Shown here piece by piece: positions 11,869 through 19,842 of a stretch of 64,000 nt of DNA. The DNA is from Euryarchaeota archaeon RBG_16_67_27 (GTDB lineage Archaea; Thermoplasmatota; Thermoplasmata; RBG-16-68-12). Both the position numbers and the translations under genes were made by a program. A model generated the notes under the pieces. That model was not told where the DNA came from, searched no databases, and saw only the letters and a list, made by a program, of their open reading frames with translations. The stretch spans positions 9,133-73,132 of the forward strand of contig MGVZ01000029.1 in NCBI GenBank assembly GCA_001800745.1, read 5' to 3'. How positions within the stretch are numbered: position 1 is the stretch's first letter; each line of letters begins with the position of its first letter.

Positions 11869-12801
11869 ATGGGACTCCTCGATGACCTCGCGAAGACCCC
11901 GCCAACGAAGCCGGAGCCGAAGCCGGAGGAGCGCCCGGCCCCGGGCCGGTACGGCGTGAAGCTCGAGCTCGCGGAGGAGAAAGTCTCCCTCACCGCGGGG
12001 CAGGCGAAGGACTACGCCGTCGTGGTGACGAACACGGGCACGGAGGACGACGCGATCGTCTTCCGGCTCGACCTCGTGTACAACTCGGAGGTCCCCGAGC
12101 CGCCGGAGTGGATCATCAAGGTCTGGGGCATCGAGGAGAAGGTGTGGGACATCACTTTCACCAAGGTGACGGAGAAGGAGTTCATGCTCATCCCCGAGGG
12201 GCAGCGGGAGATCACCCTCACAATCACCTGCCCGAAAGGCGCGCGGTTCGGGGACCGGCTCAACGTCGTCGTGAACGCGATCTCCCGTGGCGACCCGACC
12301 GCCTTCGACGCGAAGACGTTGTCGTTCACCGCGCGACAGGCCGTCGTCGCCGTGAAGTCGTCGATCGGCCACGAGCGCGCGGTCGCAGATTCGATCTTCG
12401 CGCGGGCGAAGGCGAAGGACCTCGGAATCTTCGCGATCCTCGCGCCCGCGAACCTGCGCGGGTACGTGTTCGTCGAGTCGATGAACCCGGACCGGCTCGA
12501 GGAACTCGTCCGGGGGGTCCGGCGGGCCCGCGGGGTCGTGAAGGGACGCGGCGAGGAGAAGACGATCGCGTTCTCCGACATCGACCTGTACCTCGCCCCG
12601 AAGCCGATCGTGAGCGGGATCATGGAAGGCGACATCGTCGAGCTCGTCGCCGGGCCGTTCAAGGGCGAGAAGGCCCGCGTGCAGAAGATCGACGAGACGA
12701 AGGAGGAGATCACTGTCGAGCTGTTCGAGGCGATGGTGCGGATCCCCGTGACCGTCCGGGGAGACCACGTGCGGGTCCTGCAGAAGGAAGAGGAGAAGTA
12801 G
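11869..12801 (+). CDS. spt5: transcription elongation factor Spt5/NusG with an atypical ~160-aa N-terminal extension
   Basis: The C-terminal ~150 aa carry the NGN domain (IFAILAPANLRGYVFVE) and a KOW motif (GDIVELVAGPFKGEKARVQKID). The same uninterrupted ORF has an extra N-terminal region (TAGQAKDYAVVVTNTGTEDD...ITLTITCP) resembling a beta-sandwich/CARDB-like domain. Confidence 0.8.
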   Translation: MGLLDDLAKTPPTKPEPKPEERPAPGRYGVKLELAEEKVSLTAGQAKDYAVVVTNTGTEDDAIVFRLDLVYNSEVPEPPEWIIKVWGIEEKVWDITFTKVTEKEFMLIPEGQREITLTITCPKGARFGDRLNVVVNAISRGDPTAFDAKTLSFTARQAVVAVKSSIGHERAVADSIFARAKAKDLGIFAILAPANLRGYVFVESMNPDRLEELVRGVRRARGVVKGRGEEKTIAFSDIDLYLAPKPIVSGIMEGDIVELVAGPFKGEKARVQKIDETKEEITVELFEAMVRIPVTVRGDHVRVLQKEEEK

Positions 12802-12807
12802 CCCGGC

Positions 12808-13455
12808 TCACGGGGGCGCGGCGGTCGTCCCATTCGTGTAGAGCCGCACGCCGTTCCAAACGGCCCATGCGAGGGCGCTGAAGATCGTCGCGTGCTCCGT
12901 CGCCTTCGCGAGCTCGACGTTCGGCAGGATTCCCGTGTACGTCACGATGAAGACGACCGCGATCGCGAGCGTCACGACGGAGAGGACGCCGGAGACGCGG
13001 CCGAAGATCCGGGACCGGTACAGCGGCATGGCGTACAGGGCGACCGTGGCGGTCAGGGAGAGGAAGAACCCGATCGACACGATCCCGTGCATGTTGTTCG
13101 GGGACTCCTCCGGGAACACGCCAACGCCGATCAGGAACGCCTCCGCGACAAGGAGGACAGAGACGCCCGCGGTCCCCGTGCGTCCTCCGACGGCCTGGCC
13201 CAGCGCGACGGCGAACGGGAGGAAGAGGAGGCCCGCGAGGATGCAGGCGGCGTTCAGGGTCCAGGGGGCCGGCGCCGCGGGATGCCCGAGGTCGCTCACC
13301 CAGTGCGCCGTGACCCCATAGCCCGGATAGAGGGCGACGCCCACGACGAAGAGGGAGATCCAGAGGACCCCGGCCGTCAGGCCCGCGATCGCGCCGACCC
13401 GAGGCGGGACGAGCGTGGCCACGGGGACGTCATCGCGTCTCGCAAGAAAAGGCAT
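12808..13455 (-). CDS. hypothetical membrane protein (DUF998-like)
   Basis: 215-aa ORF with 6 predicted TM helices, convergent with spt5. Confidence 0.55.
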   Translation of the reverse strand: MPFLARRDDVPVATLVPPRVGAIAGLTAGVLWISLFVVGVALYPGYGVTAHWVSDLGHPAAPAPWTLNAACILAGLLFLPFAVALGQAVGGRTGTAGVSVLLVAEAFLIGVGVFPEESPNNMHGIVSIGFFLSLTATVALYAMPLYRSRIFGRVSGVLSVVTLAIAVVFIVTYTGILPNVELAKATEHATIFSALAWAVWNGVRLYTNGTTAAPP

Positions 13456-13481
13456 ACCCCACGGGGGCCTGCGAATGGATT

Positions 13482-14222
13482 ATGTCCGCGTCGTCCGTTC
13501 CCCACCCCGTGGACACGCCAATGGGTCCCCTTCCCGGAGGCCTTCGTCTCGGCGCGCGGATCCGCGCTGCCCTCGACGCCGTGGGGCCGTCCGGGCTGCG
13601 CGCCGCGATCCAGGCGTTCCTGCTCGGGCCCGAGCACTTCCGCGCCTTCCGGCTCCTCGCGAAGGTCGAGCCGATGCTCCTTTTCCCGCAAGACCGCGCG
13701 AGCCTGTCGGACCTCGATCGAATGCTCGTGGAGCCCGGGGACATCTACGCGCACCTGCCGACCCTCTTCCGGCTCACGCGGGACGGCCCGCGTCCGCGGG
13801 TCCTCGAGCTCGGGACGCGGTCGGGAGACTCCACGCTCGCGCTCCTCCTGGCCGCGAAGGCGATCGGCGGGCGTGTGACGAGCGTGGACATCGAGCCGTG
13901 CCCTGAGGCGACCGCACGCGTGAAGGCCGCGGGTCTCGCTCCGCACTGGACGTTCCTCCTTTCCGACGACCTCGGGCTCCCGTGGCGGGACCCGATCGAC
14001 CACCTCTTCATCGACACCTCCCACCGGTACGAGCACACGCTCGAAGAGCTCCGGAAGTTCGAGCCGTTCGTCGTGCCCGGCGGCGTGATCACGCTCCACG
14101 ACACGACGAGCCATCCCGAGGTCTGGCGCGCGGTGGAGTCGTACTTCCGCGGGCGCTCGGACATCGAGGTGTACCGGTACTTCCACAACAACGGATTCAC
14201 CGTCGCCGAGAAGCGGGGCTGA
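13482..14222 (+). CDS. class I SAM-dependent methyltransferase (CmcI/O-MTase-like)
   Basis: VLELGTRSGDSTLALLLAAK (motif I) .. GRVTSVDIEP .. HLFIDTSH. Confidence 0.7.
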   Translation: MSASSVPHPVDTPMGPLPGGLRLGARIRAALDAVGPSGLRAAIQAFLLGPEHFRAFRLLAKVEPMLLFPQDRASLSDLDRMLVEPGDIYAHLPTLFRLTRDGPRPRVLELGTRSGDSTLALLLAAKAIGGRVTSVDIEPCPEATARVKAAGLAPHWTFLLSDDLGLPWRDPIDHLFIDTSHRYEHTLEELRKFEPFVVPGGVITLHDTTSHPEVWRAVESYFRGRSDIEVYRYFHNNGFTVAEKRG

Positions 14223-14323
14223 CGGCGTCGTCCCCCGCTGCTGTGGGATCCGCGGCTTGGTGGGGTGGGTCGAAACCTTTATCTCGCTCCGGAAGCTCGG
14301 GGCGCCGCACCGAGGTTCCACGT

Positions 14324-14803
14324 GTGACCGAGAGACTCCAGGTCCTCGTCGACGGAGGCAAGGCAACGCCGGGTCCACCCCTGGGCCCCGCCCTCGGGCC
14401 CCTCGGGCTGAACATCGTCGAGGTCCTGAAGGCGATCAACGAGAAGACGAAAGCGTTCGAGGGGATGAAGGTCCCCGTCACCCTCCTCATCGACCCGAAG
14501 ACGAAAGGGTACACGATCGAGGTCGGCACGCCGCCGACGTCTGCCCTCGTGCTCAAGGAACTCGGGGTCGAGAAGGGCTCGGGCGACGCGGGCAAGACGC
14601 GCGTCGGGAACCTCTCCCTGCAGGCCGCGATCCGGATCGCGAAAATGAAGGCGGAGGCGATGCAGGGGACGTCCCTGAAGGTCCGCGTCCTCGAGGTCGT
14701 CGGCACCTGCGTGTCGATGGGCGTCACCGTCGAAGGCAAGCCCGCGAAGGAGGCGTCGAAGGAGATCCGCGCGGGGAAGTTCGACAAGGCCCTCGCCGGG
14801 TGA
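14324..14803 (+). CDS. rpl11: 50S ribosomal protein L11
   Basis: GTG start. (M)TERLQVLVDGGKATPGPPLGPALGPLGLNIVEVLKAINEKT is the canonical L11 N-terminus. The longer ATG-started ORF (from 13982) adds a non-homologous Arg-rich leader. Confidence 0.9.
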   Translation: MTERLQVLVDGGKATPGPPLGPALGPLGLNIVEVLKAINEKTKAFEGMKVPVTLLIDPKTKGYTIEVGTPPTSALVLKELGVEKGSGDAGKTRVGNLSLQAAIRIAKMKAEAMQGTSLKVRVLEVVGTCVSMGVTVEGKPAKEASKEIRAGKFDKALAG

Positions 14804-15048
14804 CTCCCGCCCTCCCGGGCTCGCGGCGGTTCCGGGGCCGGCCTCGTCCGTGCGTCGGGATGTCCGCCCCGGACGCATGAGCCTGCGGTATCTGTTGTAC
14901 GACGGACCGCTCGGCCGTCCCCAGGTTCCCGCGGTCCGCTGGAGGCGGTCTGCACTTCGCAAGCCTTATGTAGGACCCTCTCTTTCGACGGCTTCCCCTT
15001 GCAGGAGGCCGCGTCCCTGGCTGATTGCACTGCAGGAGGCGAGTCCCC

Positions 15049-15687
15049 TTGGCGGAGAAGCGATCGATCGACGCGGTGAAGAAGGCCCTCGAGGCCGCGA
15101 AGCCTCGGGGGTTCAAGGAATCCGTCGAGATCGCGGTCAACCTCAAGGACGTCGACCTTTCTGTCCCGAAGAACCGGATTGACGATGAGGTCGTGCTTCC
15201 GAAAGGCCGCGGCAAGACTGTCCGGGTGTGCGTGTTCGCGTCCGGGGAGCTCGCGCTGAAGGCGAGGGCGGCCGCGGACCTCGTGATCCAGCCGCAGGAG
15301 ATTGAGGAGTACGCCTCGGACCGCGCGAAGGCCCGGAGGCTCGCCTCGGAATACGACTTCTTCGTCGCGGAGGCGCCCCTCATGCCCGTGATCGGCAAGC
15401 GGCTCGGGATCGTCCTCGGCCCACGCGGGCGGATGCCACGTCCCGTCCCGCCGACGTCGGACCCGACGAACATGATCAACGCGATGCGGAACACGGTCCG
15501 TGTGCGATCGAAGGACCGGCGGACGTTCCACGCGCCAATCGGGACGCGAGACATGGCCGCGGAGGACATCGCGGAGAACCTCGACTTTCTCATGCGCCGC
15601 TTGATGGGCAAGCTCGAGCGCGGGCGCTTCAACATCCAGTCCGCATTCGTGAAGACGACGATGGGCCCCGCCGTGAGGTATCTGTGA
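15049..15687 (+). CDS. rpl1: 50S ribosomal protein L1
   Basis: The TTG start at 15049 gives (M)AEKRSIDAVKKALEAAKPRGFKESVEIAVNLKDVDL, which matches archaeal L1 N-termini. The track ORF starts at the TTG at 15025 with an 8-aa MHCRRRVP extension, judged less likely. Confidence 0.88.
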   Translation: MAEKRSIDAVKKALEAAKPRGFKESVEIAVNLKDVDLSVPKNRIDDEVVLPKGRGKTVRVCVFASGELALKARAAADLVIQPQEIEEYASDRAKARRLASEYDFFVAEAPLMPVIGKRLGIVLGPRGRMPRPVPPTSDPTNMINAMRNTVRVRSKDRRTFHAPIGTRDMAAEDIAENLDFLMRRLMGKLERGRFNIQSAFVKTTMGPAVRYL

Positions 15688-15696
15688 GGGACGACG

Positions 15697-16581
15697 ATGG
15701 CGCATGTCGCTCCGTACAAGAAGGAGGCCGTCGCGGACCTCGTCAAGCGCCTCGCGGACTCGAAGGTCGTCGGGATCGCGAACATCCAGGGCATCCCCGC
15801 CCCGCAGTTCCAGGCGATCCGTCGGAAGCTCCACGGCCGCGCGACGATCACCGTGTCTAAGAACAGCCTGCTGATGCTCGCCCTCAAGGAGGCGGCGGCG
15901 AGGAAGCCGCACTTGGACCAGCTCGTCGACGCGATCGATGGGCAGACCGCCGTGCTCACTGCGGAGATGAACCCGTTCCGGCTGTTCAAGGAGCTCGAGG
16001 CGACGAAGACGAAGGCCCCCGCGAGGGGCGGGGAGGTCGCCCCCGAGGACCTGTGGGTCCGGGAGGGTGAGACCCCGTTCAAGCCCGGCCCGGTCGTGGG
16101 GGAGCTCCAGAAGGCCGGCGTGCCCGCGGCGATCGAGCGCGGGAAGGTCGTGATCAAGAAGGACAAGCTCATGGTCAAGGCGGGCGAGCGGATCCCGCGA
16201 GAGGTCGCCCACGCCCTCACCCGGCTCGAGATCTTCCCCCTCACGGTCGGCCTCGACCTTCGGGGCGCATACGAGGCGGGCACTGTCTTCCGGCGGGACG
16301 CGCTCGCCGTGGACGAGACCGTCGTCCGCGCCCAGCTCTCCCGGGCGGCGCGGGAGGCGTTCAGCCTATCGCTGTCCGTCGGGTACCCGACGGCGGCGAC
16401 GATTCGCCCGCTGCTTTCCCTCGCGCACGCGAAGGCGCTCGCCCTCGCGGTCGAGTCCGGGTTCCCGACGAAAGTTTCGCTCGCGTTCATCCTCGCCAAG
16501 GCGCACGCGCACGCGCTCGCGCTCGCGAGCCGCGCGCCGGAGGCCGCGGACGAAGATCTCAAGAAGGCACTCGGAGGGTAA
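15697..16581 (+). CDS. rpl10: 50S ribosomal protein L10 / acidic ribosomal protein P0
   Basis: 294 aa starting MAHVAPYKKEAVADLVKRLADSKVVGIANIQGIPAPQFQAIRRKL, in L11-L1-L10-L12 order. Confidence 0.9.
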   Translation: MAHVAPYKKEAVADLVKRLADSKVVGIANIQGIPAPQFQAIRRKLHGRATITVSKNSLLMLALKEAAARKPHLDQLVDAIDGQTAVLTAEMNPFRLFKELEATKTKAPARGGEVAPEDLWVREGETPFKPGPVVGELQKAGVPAAIERGKVVIKKDKLMVKAGERIPREVAHALTRLEIFPLTVGLDLRGAYEAGTVFRRDALAVDETVVRAQLSRAAREAFSLSLSVGYPTAATIRPLLSLAHAKALALAVESGFPTKVSLAFILAKAHAHALALASRAPEAADEDLKKALGG

Positions 16582-16616
16582 CTCGAGTCAACGAACGGAA
16601 AAGGAGGTGACAACGA

Positions 16617-16928
16617 ATGGAGTACGTGTATGGGGCGCTGGTCCTGCACGCGGCCGGCAAGCCCGTGAACGAGGAGGGTCTGAAGAAGGTCCTCACCGCC
16701 GCGGGCGTGAAGGTCGACGAGACGCGCGTGAAGGCACTGACCGCCGCGCTGGAGGGCGTGAACATCGACGAGGCGTTGAAGGCCGCCGTCGCGATGCCCG
16801 CCGCCGCGCCCGCGGCCGCACCCGCAGCCGAGAAGAAGGACGAGAAGAAGAAAGAAGAGAAGAAGGAAGAGGAGAAGGTCTCGGAGGAAGAGGCCGCTGC
16901 GGGCCTTGGAGCGCTCTTCGGCCTGTAG
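16617..16928 (+). CDS. rpl12: 50S ribosomal stalk protein P1 (L12)
   Basis: 103 aa with an Ala/Pro hinge, a K/E-rich region and the C-terminal GLGALFGL stalk motif. Confidence 0.92.
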   Translation: MEYVYGALVLHAAGKPVNEEGLKKVLTAAGVKVDETRVKALTAALEGVNIDEALKAAVAMPAAAPAAAPAAEKKDEKKKEEKKEEEKVSEEEAAAGLGALFGL

Positions 16929-16938
16929 GCCGGAGGCG

Positions 16939-16967
16939 TTCCCTCAATTCCTTTTCCATTTCCTTCG
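16939..16967 (+). terminator. oligo-T/pyrimidine-rich putative archaeal terminator after the rpl12 operon
   Basis: ttccctcaattccttttccatttccttcg lies immediately after the rpl12 stop. It is the only T-rich run in the region. Confidence 0.4.
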
Positions 16968-17153
16968 AGGGTGAGCGGGAGCGCCGACCCGCGCTTCTCG
17001 ACGGCTGCGGTTGCGATGCGCACAGCCATCTTCGTCCGTCGGGCCTTCCATTCCGCATGTGGAGCCCTTAAGTAGATTACCGGGATTGCCGCCAATCGGT
17101 CCAGGACTGAGCCGGACGCGAAGGCCCCGCCGTCCGCAGGATTCCGGGATACC

Positions 17154-18313
17154 ATGGACGTCGTCCAGCTGGGTTGCGGCGTGTGCGGGCTCGTGTGCGC
17201 GGAGCACCTCGCGAAGCATCCGAAGGTCGACCGGATTATCCTCGCGGACCGGAGGACGGACGCCGCGGAGCGGCTGGCCTCCCGGGTCCCCGGCGGGAAA
17301 GCCCACGTGCACTCGGTAGACGGCACGGACTCGGAAGCCCTCCGGGGTCTCATCTCCGCATGCGACGTCGTCGTCGCCACGATGCCGTGGCGGCTCAATC
17401 GTCTGGCGCTCGACATCGCCGCGAAGGTCGGGACGGACTACGTGGACTTCGGGATGCCGTCGACGGCACGGGGCCGGAGTTCGACGCCGCCTCGAGGATG
17501 TGTTCCGATGCAGGGATCGCCGGCCTCGTCGGGATGGGTCAGGAACCTGGAATCTCCGACGTGTTCGCGATGCACGGAGCGAGCCGGCTCGACCGGGCGG
17601 ACGAAGCCCACGTCTTCGACGGGGATACCGCGGCGGTCGAAGGACTGGAGCTGTTCTCGGTCTGGTCGCCCGTCGACCTGCTCGACGAGATGAGCGTACC
17701 CGCCGCGGTCTTCGCCGACGGCCGGATCACGTTCGTGCCGCCCCTGAGCGAGAGCCAGACCTACGACTTCCCGGAACCGGTCGGCCCCCTCACGGTCTAC
17801 AAGACGAACCACGACGAGACGTACTTCCTGCCGATGGGCATCAAGACCCTGAAGAAGGCGTCGTTCAGCATCCACATCGACCGCGCATGGGTCGAGGCCG
17901 CCACCTGGCTCCGGAAGCTCGGTCTCCTTCGACACGATCCCGTGGACGTCCGGGGCGCCCGGGTCCGGCCCCTGGACGTCATCGCCGCGGCACTCCCCGC
18001 GCCCGTCGACCTCCTGGGCCGCATCCGTGGCCACGCCTACTGTGTCGTCGAGGTGACGGGCCTGAAGGTCGGCCGCAGGAAGATGGTGCGGACATGGTCG
18101 GGCATTTCATACGCAGAGGCGTACGCCGGCCACGGCACGAACGCGACCGCGTACATGGTCGGCACGGGAGGTGCGGTCGCGACCGAGATGCTCTTGGACG
18201 GGGAGATCCGGGAGAGGGGTCTCGTGATCCCGGAGCAGCTTGCTCCGGATCGGTTCCTGGAACGGCTCCGGGGGAAGGGCCTGCAGGTCCACGAAGAGAT
18301 CATCGATCTCTGA
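17154..18313 (+). pseudogene. saccharopine dehydrogenase-family NAD(P)-binding protein, interrupted by a -1 frameshift near 17440-17475
   Basis: Frame 1 (17154..) encodes the Rossmann N-terminus MDVVQLGCGVCGL...DYVDFGMP. The C-terminal Sacchrp_dh domain (VDGTGPEFDAASRMCSDAGIAGLVGMGQEPGISDVF... to 18313) continues in another frame. A single-base indel is implied, next to a GGGG run. Confidence 0.6.
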
Positions 18314-18412
18314 GCGAGCTCTCCCCGCCTCGATCGCCCCGCGTCGAGTGACGAGACGCGCATCGTGTCCCGTCCGCCTTGTCATGGGCTCGACGCGGCA
18401 CCGGAAGAGCCC

Positions 18413-18751
18413 TCAGACCTTGCCTTCCTTCGCTTTCGCTTGGAGCCTCTTGCCGCGCTCCTTCGCGTTGTATCCGGTCGCCGCTTCGAGGAAGCGGTTG
18501 TTGCGCGTGATCGTGTCCGTTGCGACGTCGTCGGGGACGCCGGACCTCATCGTGATGTCCACGAAGAGGCTCTTGCCATCCGTCCATGAGACGAGGCGCT
18601 CGATCGCGCCGAAGGCGACTACGACCTTGCCCCCGTCCGTGGACGCGGACCCGAACGTCTCCGCGGCGATTGACCGGAGCCTGTCCCCTTCGAGGTTCTT
18701 CGCCCAGCCCCGCTTGATCTCGTACGCCCGCATGGTGACCTCGCCCTTCAT
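18413..18751 (-). CDS. small hypothetical protein
   Basis: 112-aa ORF, likely starting at MRAYEIKRG (18733). It is the last gene of a three-gene minus-strand group. Confidence 0.45.
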   Translation of the reverse strand: MKGEVTMRAYEIKRGWAKNLEGDRLRSIAAETFGSASTDGGKVVVAFGAIERLVSWTDGKSLFVDITMRSGVPDDVATDTITRNNRFLEAATGYNAKERGKRLQAKAKEGKV

Positions 18752-18782
18752 CCCTGGATCTGCTAATAACGTTGCGACCGCG

Positions 18783-19799
18783 TCAGTCGGGGATGAGGGC
18801 GAGAGGATCCGCGGACGTGAGCATGAACTCCTGCACGTCGGCGTACGCCCGCCACACGTCGCGGCATTCGCAGTCGAGATCCCCGAAGTCGCGGCGCAGG
18901 CCGAGGCTGAACTCCTCGATCGCGTCGATCGCCCGGCGGTCGCACGAGCCGCAGTTGTGCGCCCCCCGCGCCTTCCCGCCCCCGGTCGGGTGGCTCTTCA
19001 CCTGGGCGCTGAGGTCCCGCGTGCGTTCGAGGACCTCGACGACGGACCAGAGCCAAGGCGGCCGGTATTCCCCGCGCCGGAACAGGCGGTCGACGAGCGT
19101 GCGCCCCTGCACGTTCACCGGGTTGAACGAGATCGTGTCGCTGTGCGGGTCCGCCGCGTGCCCCGACGCGACGGCGTCCTCGATCGCTTCGCGCTCGGTG
19201 AGGAACGCGGGCTTCACCAGGAGGTATGTCTTCACCGTCGCGCCGAGCTCGCGACACAGGGCCGCGGCTCTCGCATGCTCAGCGAGCCCCCACACCTTGT
19301 TCACGCTGTGCCTCAGCACCCGTTCGTTCGTCGATTCGAGGCCAAAGGCGACCTCGAGGGCGTCGACGAACGACATCGCATTCTCGAGCTGGTCCCGGCG
19401 GAGCATGTGGCTCAAGGTCTCGACGATCACCTTGTCGCAGCGGTCCCCGAGCTCCCTCAGGATCCGCGCGCGGACGTCCGGCGGCACCTCATGGTCGTCG
19501 AAGAAGTTCCCCGACGTGTACACCTTGACGAGCGGCTGGCCCGCGTGCCGCGCCAGGACCGAGTCGAGCTGGTGCATGAGGTCCGCGGCGGAGACCTCCT
19601 GGGCGACGTCGTTCACGTACCCGCACATCGAGCAGCCGCTCGCACGCGCCCAGTAGCAGCCGCGCGTTCGGAAGATGATCACCCAGGCATCGGCGACCTT
19701 CCCCCGGAGCAGGTCCTTCTCCGTCCACGTCGAGATGATCTCGCGGGGGTCGAACGACCGAGGGACTCGCTCGTCCTTCACGATCTGCTGGAGGCGCAT
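18783..19799 (-). CDS. radical-SAM-like protein, TIGR01210/archaeosine-synthase beta (RaSEA)-like
   Basis: 338 aa with a Cys cluster CYWARASGCSMCGY near the N-terminus and an HNCGSC motif near the C-terminus. The family assignment is tentative. Confidence 0.6.
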   Translation of the reverse strand: MRLQQIVKDERVPRSFDPREIISTWTEKDLLRGKVADAWVIIFRTRGCYWARASGCSMCGYVNDVAQEVSAADLMHQLDSVLARHAGQPLVKVYTSGNFFDDHEVPPDVRARILRELGDRCDKVIVETLSHMLRRDQLENAMSFVDALEVAFGLESTNERVLRHSVNKVWGLAEHARAAALCRELGATVKTYLLVKPAFLTEREAIEDAVASGHAADPHSDTISFNPVNVQGRTLVDRLFRRGEYRPPWLWSVVEVLERTRDLSAQVKSHPTGGGKARGAHNCGSCDRRAIDAIEEFSLGLRRDFGDLDCECRDVWRAYADVQEFMLTSADPLALIPD

Positions 19800-19842
19800 G
19801 GGCCCGCGCTCGAACGGCGACGCGCGGAAAAACCTTTGTCTC

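Noticed and set aside
16559-17416. 285-aa minus ORF overlapping rpl12 and the downstream spacer
   Set aside because: It is antisense to an unambiguous ribosomal gene and is low-complexity Ser/Ala-rich.
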